Of a stretch of DNA of 64,000 nt, positions 12,045-24,549 are shown one piece after another; the stretch's first letter is position 1, and each line of letters opens with the position of its first letter. A program made the translations under genes and the position numbers. The notes beneath the pieces are model-generated. The model worked only from the letters and a program-made list of their open reading frames with translations. It made no database searches and was not told the origin of the DNA. This stretch comes from Chrysomallon squamiferum (lineage: Eukaryota > Animalia > Mollusca): contig CM022668.1 in assembly GCA_012295275.1 (NCBI GenBank), positions 2,294,001 to 2,358,000 of the forward strand. Reading direction: 5' to 3'.

Positions 12045-12298
12045 TTATTACTATTATTATTATTATTATTATTACTATTATTATTATTATTATTATTATT
12101 ACTACTACTATTATTATTATTATTACTATTATTATTATTATTATTACTATTATTACTATTATTACTATTACTATTATTACTACTACTACTATTATTATTA
12201 TTACTACTATTATTATTATTACTACTACTATTATTATTACTATTATTATTACTATTACTATTATTATTATTACTACTATTATTATTATTATTATTATA
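12045..12298. repeat. (TAT/TAC)n trinucleotide repeat
   Basis: Direct reading; gives the poly-Y and poly-I/T ORFs. Confidence 0.97.
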
Positions 12299-13699
12299 GT
12301 GGTGGATGTTCTCTTTTCTTTTTTTTTGGTATTTATTTAATTTTATTTCATTTCAGGTTATTAATTAAATCATTTAAAAAATTTATTTTGTTTTATTTAA
12401 TTTTAATTTTAATTATTTAAGTAAAAATAGAGTGTGATTATGTGTTTCTTTTCTCAAGTTAGGATTTTCAATTTTATTAGTTCAATTCTTTTCTTTCTAA
12501 CCTTTTTTAAAAAAAAAAAATTTTTTTTTTAAAGTAAATTAATTTGTTAATGTAGGTACTTTCAACATACAAACAATAACAGACAAAGTGTGAGTCAGTG
12601 GTTGGAATGGTAAAACTGGTTAACCAAAATAATGTAGATTTTCTTCTTTCATTCCCCAGGAATGTTCTGTAAATTTGAGATCATTTTTTTTCTTCTTAAT
12701 ATCATTGCTGGCTAACTACTTAATGTATGGACATAAAAACATTTGTTGTATTAAACCCACATTATGAAATTATTCCTGGTTTAATTCTTACTGTTAATCT
12801 GGTCAAGGTGTGTGTTAAAACTCTGTATTGTATGACTGTGGTGTATCAATCATAATTAAAAAACTGTAATTTTCAGGTTATTGACAAATTCCTGGTATCA
12901 AGGACTTAACTGTGTCTTACTGTGTGAGTTTGTCATCCATCATTGTACAAGTTTGACAACACAGAGCAGTTTGTTTCTGATACAGTTTCATAGTATCCCT
13001 GTATCATGTTATCATAGTATCAAAGTATCATGTTACTGTATTATCAAAGTATCATGTTTTAGTATCGCAGTATAGAGGTGTCATATCTGTGTATATCACA
13101 CACAAAAAAAAATAAAAACACGGAAGTCATAAACTTTAATGACACAGTTACTTTAGAAAAGTTACTTTTTCTGTTATCATTATTGTTATTATTTTTAATA
13201 TTATTACTATTATTATTATTCGTTTTAAAATAGTTTTTGCTCCTATTCATATTATTATTGTTGTTGTTATCACTGTCATAATCATTTTTAAATTTAATTT
13301 TCAAATTTTAGAAAATTTAAAATATTTTGTTGTAATTTTATTTGAATATCAGATGTCATTTTTTCCACAGTTAGTTTGACTTTTTATTTGTAATGAAATT
13401 TATTAAATGTCTTCTTCGATGGATATTACAATATCCAGCAAACTGAAAAGTTTATTTGTACTAAAGATATGAATTCTTCAGACAATTTTCTAGACAAAGT
13501 AATACAATGAACTAAATATAACACATCAGAGAAAAAAGTAATAACAATAATGTTGCAGTTTAACTTTAAAAATTAATCATGATTTTGCTCCAGACATTTA
13601 GTTAATTAAATTTGTTCATGATTTTATAGGAAAGCAGTTTTGTGAGTTACCTGATCTAAGTATTATCTACATCAGAAATTAGAAAAGAATTATAAAAAA

Positions 13700-13799
13700 T
13701 TGGATACGATTGCATTAAAAATTAACACATATGCCACACATTAAAAAGATCATTTTTCGTTTTGTGGCATTTGTTAATTTTTAATGCTGCCAGATCCAA
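13700..13799. repeat. ~100-nt inverted repeat (foldback / MITE-like)
   Basis: GCATTAAAAATTAACA 13712-13727 is the reverse complement of 13772-13787. ATGCCACA 13731-13738 is the reverse complement of 13763-13770. Ends are TTGGAT/ATCCAA. Confidence 0.85.
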
Positions 13800-14065
13800 A
13801 TTATTATTATTCGTTTTTATATTTTTTGTATTTTTATCATTTTATGATTTTTCCTTTTTCATATTTTGATCAAGGAATTAATCAAATTATTACCTAAACT
13901 ACTGCTTAAAAAACAACACCCCCCCCACTAAAACTACAAAAATCAATAAAATTAGATTTTGATGTAGTGACTTTACAAATTAATCTTGACCAAACCACAG
14001 TTAGAAATTCATGAATAAATGTTATATCAATATGGTACTAAGCTAATGGAATGGAATAAAACCTG

Positions 14066-14326
14066 CTGTGTAGATTTATTGTAAATACAACACAGTGAAA
14101 AAAAAACTGTTCTGTGTAGATTTATTTTAAATACAACACAGTGAAAAAAGAACTGTTCTGTGTAGATTTATTGTAAATACAACACAGTGAAAAAAAGAAC
14201 TGTTCTGTGTAGATTTATTGTAAATACAACAAAAGAACTGTGAGATTTATTGTAAATACAACACAGTGAAAAATAGAACTGTTCTGTGTAGATTTATTGT
14301 AAATACTACACAGTGAAAATAGAACT
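14066..14326. repeat. ~46-bp minisatellite, ~5.5 copies
   Basis: Unit CTGTGTAGATTTATTGTAAATACAACACAGTGAAAAAAGAACTGTT starts at 14066, 14112, 14158 and 14205. Confidence 0.93.
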
Positions 14327-14596
14327 GCGCTGTGGTAGTTGCTTCAGATGTTGACCTTGTCCGGCTGACGACGTTGCTAACAGGTGAAATGAAGCGACAG
14401 GCTGGTGGGGGGGTAATTTGGTTTCTCCAGTGGAGGGCAGTGGGACTGGAGGGCGTGATTACCAGGTCACAGTGCTCCACTTCTGCTCCAGATCTCCTCA
14501 CCATACACAACTCTTCTCATGTGGAACAGAATACCTGGGAACAAAATAGCAGATGTGTTATACTGTTATTATCATCATTTAGCTGATGTATGACAC

Positions 14597-15110
14597 CTTG
14601 GTAACATTTTTGTGCTTGTCAGCTTGGTAATATACTGCTGCTTGGTAACATTTTTATACTTGTCAGCTTGGTAATATACTGCTGCTTGGTAACATTTTTG
14701 TGCTTGTCAGCTTGGTAATATACTGCTGCTTGGTAACATTTTTATACTTGTCAGCTTGGTAATATACTGCTGCTTGGTAACATTTTTATACTTGTCTGCT
14801 TGGTAATATACTGCTGCTTGGTAACATTTTTATACTTGTCAGCTTGGTAATATACTGCTGCTTGGTAACATTTTTATACTTGTCAGCTTGGTAATATCCT
14901 CCTGCTTGGTAACATTTTATACTTGTTTGGTGCTATACTCTGCTTGGTAACATTTTTATACTTGTCAGCTTGGTAATATACTGCTGCTTGGTAACATTTT
15001 TATACTTGTCAGCTTGGTAATATACTGCTGCTTGGTAACATTTTTATACTTGTCAGCTTGGTAATATACTGCTGCTTGGTAACATTTTTATACTTGTCAG
15101 CTTGGTAATA
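14597..15110. repeat. 44-bp minisatellite, ~11.5 copies
   Basis: Unit CTTGGTAACATTTTTATACTTGTCAGCTTGGTAATATACTGCTG, internally dimeric on CTTGGTAA. Confidence 0.97.
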
Positions 15111-15153
15111 ATGTTTATGCTACAATACTTACTGTCAAATCCTGTTAGTTCTG

Positions 15154-15213
15154 TGACATGATTTGAACACAGTACCTACAACACAACATCTCATAGCTTG
15201 ACCATTACATCAG
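15154..15213 (-). mobile_element. Degenerate tRNA-derived SINE head
   Basis: On the - strand: A-box-like TGATGTAATGG (15212-15202) and B-box GTTCAAATC (15168-15160) at tRNA-like spacing. No intact cloverleaf. Confidence 0.4.
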
Positions 15214-16002
15214 TATCAAAACTTTACTATTATTAAAGAATAGAGAGTAGATTTCAAAATTGAATTAAACATTTTTAGATTGGTAAAATTGTGGGATATA
15301 TTTTACAAACTATTGATTAGTTAAAAAAAAAAATAAATAAAAAAATAAAGATAGGGCAATTAACAAAACATTACTGATATATATTTTTGAAAAATCAGTA
15401 ATAAACTTTTACTAACTGATAAAATTATGTGAAATAATTTACAAAACTAGTAAAAAAAAAAATATATGAAATGGATTTCAACATTTTTTGATTGGTCAAA
15501 ACTATGGGAAAACAGTTTAAAAAAACTTTAACAATTTGTAAAACATTCCCAAAAAAGAGCACTTTGTTTACAAACAAAAATACTAAAAACTAAACTCTGA
15601 TTTTTAAAACTTTATCAAACGTAATTAACTTCTTTATTTTGTTCTAGACAGTGTAAATAGTCTACACGGAATTGACTCTGTTTTTTTTTTTTTCTTTCTG
15701 TTTATGATCTGACAGGAAGTGTGGCTGGGGACTGTGGGATATGTGTAGTAATGCATTGATTGGCATTCACTGTCACATTTAGCAGTCAGCTGATGCATGG
15801 GAGACTGGCCGAGGGTGTGTGTTAATGTGATTTCCTCACTCTCACTGCGAGCACCAGGGCTAATATTCAGAGGTTTTTGTCTTTTTATTGCACTCAGTTG
15901 AATAACTGCATGAACTGAAGATCAATAAAACAAGAGTTGAGATTACAAAAGTTAGTTTGACTATCTTTACTTTGTAAGTCACTTAGTAACTCTTATTTAC
16001 AT

Positions 16003-16003
16003 A

Positions 16004-16067
<64 letters not shown>

Positions 16068-16195
16068 TGTGCATATGTTTATGGGCATGTGTGTTTGTAT
16101 ATATGTATTATATGTATGTGTCTGTACATATCTATGTATGTATGTATGTATGTATGTATGTATAGATACAAATATATGTATGTATGTATGTGTAC
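16003..16195. repeat. (TG)n/(TATG)n microsatellite
   Basis: Direct reading. Confidence 0.95.
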
Positions 16196-16558
16196 TCACT
16201 GACATTGATATTTCAATTCGAAAAATGTTAAAGTTTCTTTTAAAAGATGTTAAAGTTTCAGAATTTTACCATAAATTTATTTTTAATTAATCTGTGTTTT
16301 GATTAAGTTTTGAATTTTTACAAATAAAGTAATCACCATTTTGTTATATTTACCTTTGTCTGACACCCAACAGCGACAACCTTTTCATGCTGAGGTGTCA
16401 CTAAACATTCACTCAATCATTCCTTTATTTTCATTCTATCCTCCTTTCTTTCTTTCTTCTCTCTGTTACTCACTTTTCAACAAAAGAGTTTACGACAGAC
16501 AAAACTCTTTCATGTTTACCACTGGCCAGTACTAAAGTGTTTATTTCTCATTTCTCTG

Positions 16559-16665
16559 GTGGCCGTGGAAACCAGTGCTTACTGAGAAGAAGGAGAATGG
16601 TTCTGCCAGCCCCAGCCTGCGAGTGTAATAGACTTACATTGTCTGACTCACGTTTCCACGGAGAT
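16559..16665. promoter_or_regulatory. Pair of inverted RFX X-box-like sites
   Basis: GTGGCCGTGGAAAC (16559-16572) and GTTTCCACGGAGAT (16652-16665) share a perfect 10-bp inverted repeat. AP-1 motif TGACTCA lies just before the second site. Confidence 0.4.
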
Positions 16666-16740
16666 TTGTACTCGAGACGTGTTCAATTAGTTACTTCTCA
16701 ACCTTCTTTCTTACAGCACTTTTTTACATTTCAGTACATC

Positions 16741-16767
16741 GTCTGTCTGTCTGTCTGTTCATCTGTA

Positions 16768-16800
<33 letters not shown>

Positions 16801-16880
16801 CTGTGTGCGTGTGTGTGTCTGTGTCTGTGTGTGTGTGTCTGTCTGTGTGTGTGTGTATGTGTGTGTGTGTGTGCATGTGC

Positions 16881-16920
<40 letters not shown>

Positions 16921-16936
16921 GTCTGTGTGTGTGTGT

Positions 16937-16984
<48 letters not shown>
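16741..16984. repeat. (TG)n-rich microsatellite
   Basis: Direct reading. Confidence 0.95.
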
Positions 16985-18432
16985 ACAAACACATACATCA
17001 TATTTCTGTCTATACACATATACATGTGTGTATGAGTTAGATTTGTTGAGAAAACTTATAACAACACTGTTTAAATACAGATGAATATGAGAAACATTAA
17101 AAACAACTGTAAAAATAATTGAGAAATGTGATATTTAATGATAAGTAACCTCAAATAATAGTAACAGTGATGAACAATGAAAACAAAACCCATAATTTGA
17201 ATTTTCACTAATTTTACAAATTTTATTTTGTCTATCTTTTTTGTTCAACAACCAAACAAAAAAATCACTATAAAAAAAAAAAAAAAGCCTTCAAGGAAAT
17301 TTCAGAATGACTATTGATTAAGAAATACGAAACAACATTAAAAACCTGATCTGTCAAACATAAAATTAATAATTAGAAATGTGAACTCAAAGTAGTAAAA
17401 TGTAAACTTGTTTTTATCTCAAATTTCTTACAACAAAAATTTATCAAAACTTGTTTATAACAACAACTTTTTTACTTCTCTTTCTATCTTTAGTTTGTTC
17501 TTTCTTTCAGTGTCTCAAACTCATCCTGTCTTTCTCTTTTCTCTTTCTCTTTCTCTTTGACTTTCTATCTCTTACTATCTCTGTCTCTCTCTTTCTCTCT
17601 ATCTCTGTCTTTCATATTCAGTTTCTCTTTCTGTCTGTGCATTTCTCTGTTTTTATTTTTCAAAAACTGGACAATTTTTTAATTTATCAGATTATTACCT
17701 TTATTCAGAATTTATATTTCCTACAGTTTTCTTTCATTCTTTCTCTCTTTTCTTCATTTTTCTTCCTGTTTGTACACTAAATATAGATCCACTTAGTTTC
17801 TAAATTTTTTTATTTTTTCTTTCTTTCAATTACATTTTCTTTCCTTCTTCCTTTTTGACACTTTCTTTCCATTTTTCTTTAAACTTTCTATCATATTTTC
17901 TTTCTTTTTTTTTCTTCCCCTTCTTTCATACAGCTCCTAAACATACAAATGATAAATCTTCAATTTCAGAAAATTATTTTAAAATATTTTTTTTTTACCC
18001 ATTCTATTTTTTTTTTTATGTTTCTTTTCTTTCTTTCCAATAAAAAAAAAAAAAAAAATAAAAAAATTTCCTTGCACCTATCACATGGTTTATCCAGTGA
18101 AATATAATTTACACAATGTTTTATAGGTGAATATTTTCTACAGAACCGAAGCTGCCAGTAAAAACATTTTAGTCTGGAATTTCAGTATAATTGACCATTA
18201 ATCAATTGTGCCAAGTCGACATGGAGAAATCTGGAACCTCTCTCTTCACTGTTCTTTTTTCTCCACAGCCCACTCACATTTTAGCAGGTCAGATATTAAC
18301 CTTATAAACATAAACTAATTAATATAATGATGTATTGTTGAGTTTGCAGTCATCTATTTATACAGACAGTCTAGTCTGCACAATGGTGTGTAATACAGAG
18401 TATATGTTCACAGAGGGTCTTGATAAATGGCA

Positions 18433-18480
<48 letters not shown>

Positions 18481-18763
18481 GTCTGTGTGTAAGTGTGTAT
18501 GTATGTAAGTGTGAGTATGTGAGTCTGAGTTTCTTTATATATGTGTCTGTGTATTTATGTATATATGTGTGCATCTGTATTTATGTATATATATGTGTGT
18601 GACTGTGTGTATATGTATATATATCTATGTGTGTGTATTTATGTATATATATGTGTGTCTGTAAGTTTGGCTGTATGTATTTGTAAATAATATATATGTG
18701 TACATGTAAATATATATGGATATATCCTCTATATGCAATATCTGTGTGTGTGAGTGTGTGTGA

Positions 18764-18798
<35 letters not shown>

Positions 18799-20719
18799 AG
18801 TGTGTGTGTGAATGTGTGTGTGAGAGTGTGTGTGTGAATGTGTGTGTCTGTGTGTTATATTAGACATGATATTTTTGCAGTATCAGCTAATGTATACTGT
18901 AAATATTGAACACTATAGATTATACATTCACCTTTGTGTACTTACTTAACATAGATTATATATTTACATGCATAGGTAAAACAGGTGTGTGGTACAGATT
19001 GTATTGTAGTACCAGTACATACAGATACTGTTGTAGTGTAAGTACATAATGAGATATATATATATTATATGAATGCACACACACAGACACACATATATAA
19101 AATGCATGTAAGTATGTATACATGTATTATATGTATATATGTATTATTACATATATATAAATACATATTACTACAGATCATGTTTTTATCAGATTAATAA
19201 AATTAAGGTTAACTTGACCTGTGAGGTTTGTTTGATAAAGTGGACAGAAGTTTAGGAAAGTCAGTTAAAATGTTTGAGAATATCCACCTAAAACAGATGC
19301 TAAAGAGAAACAAAAAACTAAAACTAAACTGTAATTTTTTTCTTGTTCTTTTCACGAAGAAACATTTTTAATTTTTTTATTCAATTCATGCACGTAGTTA
19401 GAGAGAAAGAACAGTTTAAGTTAACAACATTTGGAGTTATTTTAAGAGAGAACAAACTGTGGGGTGAGACCTCTCATTTATAGATGATTTGTGGTAATAA
19501 ATAAACTTGTGTTAGTGTGGAGTACCTGTTGTTCTGAAAGTGTTGTTGTTTTATGTGTCACAGTGTAATGGAATGTCAGTGAATTAAACTGAGGTGGTCG
19601 TAGATTACACAGAGACAGCAAACCTCGCTGACAGTTTCTGTGTTCAAGCTTTTTGTAGTCTTTGAGTCACAGGTACAGAGGCTTTATCTGTGTGTGTGTA
19701 AATGTATTGATTATCTATCTAACTAATTTATCATCTATCTGTCACTATCTCTCTCTCTCTCTCTCTCTTCATATATAATATATATATAAATCACTCAAAT
19801 GTTTTCTGCAATTAAATGGTTATCATTCTTTCTGTGTTTTTTTTGTATCTATTCTGTCTGTCTTCATTCTGTCAGTCTGTTATGAATTTAATTCTGTCTG
19901 ACAACAAGTAAGTTAGTCATGTTTGTATAATGATAATTAGATGTGTTAAGGTGTTTGGAGTGGAAAATAAAGGTATTAAACTGAGAGATACTGAGAATAT
20001 TTGTCCCATGTTATAATTACAATATTTCACACACTTTGATATTTAAAATATCTCCCTCTCCTTGAGTCTGTCAGAGTGCCCCACCCCCACAAGCCTGACC
20101 ACACCCCCACAAGCCTCACCCTTGGAGGAAATTAAGAGACTGTTACTGTGAGATATTGTCAAAACACCAACCGTTTGGAAATTTTAATAATTTGTCAAAT
20201 GTTGTTTCTTTGAAAGAAGCCATTAGTAGCATTATCATCAAAACAGCCCATATCAAATGTCCTGCCAATAAATTCCTCTCCAACATATTTAACATATCCT
20301 GTTCAGATATCCTTTCAAAATACTCTCTTCTCAGATACTCTATAAAAATCCTTCCTCTTTCATATATCCTTTCATCCCTTCAGCTGTCCTACCTTCTTAG
20401 TTATCCTATCAAGTCCTTCCTTACAGATCCTATCAAAAATATTTCTTCTCCACAAATCCTATCATCCTGTCATGGATATCCTGTCTGTCCTCCTCAGATA
20501 TCCTGTCTACCCCCTTCTCAATTATCCTATTAAAGACCCCCCCCTCCCTGTCCAGTGATTGTGTTATCATGTGACTGCAGTGTGATATGAAAGTTACTCA
20601 GTTGTACAAGATGTTGTTCACTGGAAACTGGACAAACCACCACATGTGATTTTAGACAGCAGAGGAAATATCAAGTGTCATTTGTTAATATATAGATATA
20701 TATATAGATATAGATAGAC

Positions 20720-20753
<34 letters not shown>

Positions 20754-20811
20754 AAAAAAATGATAGTATATGTATTTCTAAAAAAAAATATTTTTGGGAT
20801 AAAATATTTTT

Positions 20812-20908
20812 GTTACTACAGTTACCACCAGTACCAAAAGTAGTACTACTACTACTACAATACTACTACTACTACTACTATTACTACTACAACTACTACT
20901 ACTACTAT

Positions 20909-20943
<35 letters not shown>

Positions 20944-21396
20944 ACTATTACTATTACCATTGTTAGTATTACTGGGACTGATACTAAAATTATTACTACT
21001 ATATATATTACTAATTACTTCTGCTATTACAACTACTATTACTACCATTATTACTATTCTTTACTATTACTTTGTTAGTACACTGGGATTTAAATTATTA
21101 TTCTTTTATAACTACTACTTTCTGCTTCTACTACTATTACCATTATTACTATTCTTTACTTTCATTATTATTATTTCTTTACTATTACTTTTTCATTATT
21201 ACTGTTTTTACCTCTAGTATTACTGTCATCAATACCAGTATTATTAATACTACTATTATTATTACTAGTGTTACTATTTTACTACTACCAGTATTATACT
21301 ACTACTATTATTATTACTACTATTACTGCTACTACTATACAACTATTACTATTACTATATTATTATTATCATTATTACTATTACTATATTATTATT
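20812..21396. repeat. Degenerate (TAC/TAT)n trinucleotide field
   Basis: Direct reading. Confidence 0.9.
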
Positions 21397-21779
21397 AAGT
21401 CTTTGAAAAGGTTCAAAAATACTGTTTTACTGTGACAGATGTGTTGCCAGAAACAATGAGAGAAAAAAGGAATCTATAGAAATCATTATCAATTCATCAC
21501 TTCTCAATACAACTTCTGTTGTCATTTTTTCTTTTTTTTTCTTTCTTTCATTCAAAACACAAAAAATTGGCGCACTTCCGCTTTAAGAAGAAGAACAAAA
21601 CAGTCACTCCCCCACACCCACCCCACTCCCCCAGTAATATAATATAATGAATTTAAAAAAAAATAATAAAAAAGTTTTTTTTATCCTTCCATCATCATCA
21701 TGTTCATGTTCAAGTTTTTTTTTTTCTTTTCTCCAGTTTTTTTTTTTTTCTCCGTGTCCCCCCACTCATTGTTCCAGCA

Positions 21780-22145
21780 GAATCTCCTCCATTGTTTGGT
21801 CAGTTCCTCTGTGTCCAGCATGGGCCGTGGCCTCAACCGGTATTGGTCAGAGAACAATGGTCAGTGCAGTGGTCACCTTGCTTGCTGAAAGGGAGGTGCG
21901 GTCGGGCTGGGCTGATGAAAGTTAAGGTCACAGCTGCCAGTGGTCAGAAACACGGGCGAAGGACTTTCTGAGTCCAGATGACCTTTAGGGTCACTGACTG
22001 CCTGTGTCGTGTTGACTCAGTGGGCTGGGTGGGTACGGTGGGGGGATGTGGTGGACAGGGGGAGGGTGCACACTGTCAATTCAGACCCTCTGTTTATTGA
22101 GAACTGTGTACACGTCTTTCAACCCTTGGAGGATGAGGTCATCAG
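21780..22145. promoter_or_regulatory. GC-rich island with a dense cluster of GGTCA/TGACC half-sites and a G-quadruplex motif
   Basis: About nine GGTCA/TGACC cores in 350 bp, including TGACCTttaGGGTCAcTGACT. G3-CT-G3-T-G3-TACGGT-G6 at 22022-22045. Confidence 0.45.
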
Positions 22146-22297
22146 AACAGTTCTACATGTTTGTCTGGGTTCTTAGCAGAATGTCATTAGTGTTTGTTTA
22201 TATCACTGTCAGAGTTAACTGTGGTATAGTAGGGTGGTGGTAGTTGTAGTGGTAGTGGTAGTGATAGTGGTGGTGGTGGTGGTAGTATTATTAGTAA

Positions 22298-22344
<47 letters not shown>

Positions 22345-22466
22345 AAAAACAAAATAATAACAATAACAACAATAATAATGACATCAATAATAATAATGGC
22401 ATCAGTAACAACAACAACAGTAGTAAAAGCACATTGCAAACTGACATTTCTGTGTCTGTGTTTCAG

Positions 22467-22469
22467 CCT
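22467..22469 (+). other. Candidate 3-nt microexon (CCT)
   Basis: Branch-point-like CTGAC at 22441-22445, U-rich tract, TTTCAG acceptor (AG 22465-22466), CCT, then consensus donor GTGAGT at 22470-22475. Confidence 0.35.
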
Positions 22470-23242
22470 GTGAGTATATTTATGTTTTGTTGACCAGTTA
22501 AAAGATTTAAATATTCAGTTTGAAAATTCCCAGGAACAAAGTTTTTCACTTTCTGGTTTTTACTGTTTTTTACTGTTGCTATATAAAGTACTTCACAAAA
22601 CTGATCAATACAGACCCCTCACAGTTGTTTTAAAAACTTGCATACTTAACAGATGTTGTCATCACTCTACAGCTGTCTTTAGTAAAAGTATATATCACTA
22701 ATCATAACAGCTGTAAATTATATTAATAATAACAATATCTGTAAAGTCAGTTATCAACAACAGCTGCACAGAGTAACTGTTGTACTGTTATGAAGTAGAG
22801 AGACACACACACACATTCACACAACCCTCAAGTCTCCCCCCACACTTCATCCCCCACCCCCAACACTTTCTAAACACACTTTTGTTCTTTGACCCTGTAA
22901 CTTTCGGGCACACTTGGATGTGTGCAAGCGAGGTAATCACAGCTGTATTGTGTATTGCAGTCACCTCTGAGAAAACTTGCATAACCGAGTCTGCTGAGAT
23001 AATAACCTGTGTAGTAACTGTGGTAGTTAAACCTGCCTGATTCCTGCTGCTCAGAGTCTTTTTTTTTTTTTTTTTTCCTTTGTAACATCAGATCTGTTCG
23101 TAATCATTCTCGTAGTTTTGTTACAATGACCCTGTACACTAACAGGGAATCGTGGGTAATGAAAATCACTTCCTCCATTGAACCTTATGTTTGATAATTG
23201 TGTTATCTAACAGAGAACTGTGAGGTATATTGTGTATTGTTC

Positions 23243-23245
<3 letters not shown>

Positions 23246-23290
<45 letters not shown>

Positions 23291-23431
23291 AGATGTTAAT
23301 AGTTTATACCCTCTGGATGTTATATTATGTGTGTGTGTGTGTGTGTGTATGTATATATGTCTGTGTATATATATATATTTATATGTGTGTGTGTGTGTAT
23401 GTATATATGTCTATGTATATATATATATTTA

Positions 23432-23464
<33 letters not shown>

Positions 23465-23661
23465 CTGTGTATATATATATATTTATGTGTGTGTGTGTGT
23501 GTATGTATATATGTCTATGTATATATATATATTTATATGTGTGTGTGTGTGTATGTATATATGTCTATGTATATATATATATTTATATATGTCTGTGTAT
23601 ATATATATATTTGTGTGTGTGTGTATGTATGTATATATGTCTGTGTATATATATATATTTA

Positions 23662-23694
<33 letters not shown>

Positions 23695-23842
23695 CTGTGT
23701 ATATATATATATTTATGTGTGTGTGTGTGTGTGTGTATATATGTCTATGTATATATATATATTTATGTGTGTGTGTGTGTATGTATGTATATATGTCTGT
23801 GTATATATATATATTTATGTGTGTGTGTGTATGTGTATATGT
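23246..23842. repeat. Higher-order compound (TG)n/(TA)n minisatellite
   Basis: Repeating (TG)n-TATATGTCT(G/A)TG-(TA)n-TTTA units of ~45-55 bp. Confidence 0.95.
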
Positions 23843-24094
23843 CTTATTGTACTTTGACCCTGTTAAATACACAATGAAGTAATTTAAGATTAGTTCACTA
23901 ACCCCTTTCTCTGACAAACGCACTAAACACCATCAGGTCCACTAACACTTTAACACTCTAACAAACTCACTAACAGCCAAACGTTTTGTGTCCCCAAGTC
24001 AACACACATCTACCTCTGATTAGCACAAATTCAAACTTTTCCCCCAGTCTCAGAAAAAAAACCACTTTCAAATAAATAAATCACTTAAACAAAA

Positions 24095-24200
24095 GTGACG
24101 TTGGGCAAGTCTAGTGACCCGGTCCAGTCTGGTGCAGGCGGTGGTCATTGGCTGGTGTCCAAGACTGGACTATTAAAAGGATGTGACGTGTTGCTGGTTA
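24095..24200 (+). promoter_or_regulatory. Candidate internal (alternative) Pol II promoter
   Basis: Reverse CCAAT box (CATTGGCT 24146-24153), TATA-like TATTAAAAG at 24171-24179, CRE/ATF-like TGACGT near 24096 and 24184. A pyrimidine-rich initiation zone follows ~25-35 nt after the TATA-like box. Confidence 0.5.
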
Positions 24201-24330
24201 TGTAATTCTTCTCCTCGCTCTATTTCACACACTGACCCTCTTTTCCTCGCCGCTTCATTTGGATATATGACTGGATACGGCAGAGGCATTCTCACTGCGG
24301 CAGAGAGGTTTTTAAAAAGTTTAATCTGAG
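24200..24330 (+). other. Candidate alternative first exon (start approximate)
   Basis: CpG-containing and downstream of CCAAT/TATA motifs. Ends at consensus donor GAG|GTAAGT (24330|24331). Contains a 20-codon ORF at 24267-24329. Confidence 0.5.
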
Positions 24331-24549
24331 GTAAGTGTGAGTATGTGTGTGTGTGAGTACGTGTGTGTGTGTGTGTGCACAGTTACATAACTCTGCCGTG
24401 TTTTTATCTGGTATGTGTTGTTCTGGTCAAGGTCTGTACTGACCATTGCTTCACACACGGTCAGTTGGCATGGCTGTTGTTTGATGTGGCATCTGAGAGG
24501 CCATGTTGTGTCCAGTCTATGACTGGTCAGTTTGCTGACTGGTGCAATA

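Noticed and set aside
21912-21952. CTGATGA...GAAAC hammerhead core
   Set aside because: No stem II closing pair and no compatible stems I or III were found.
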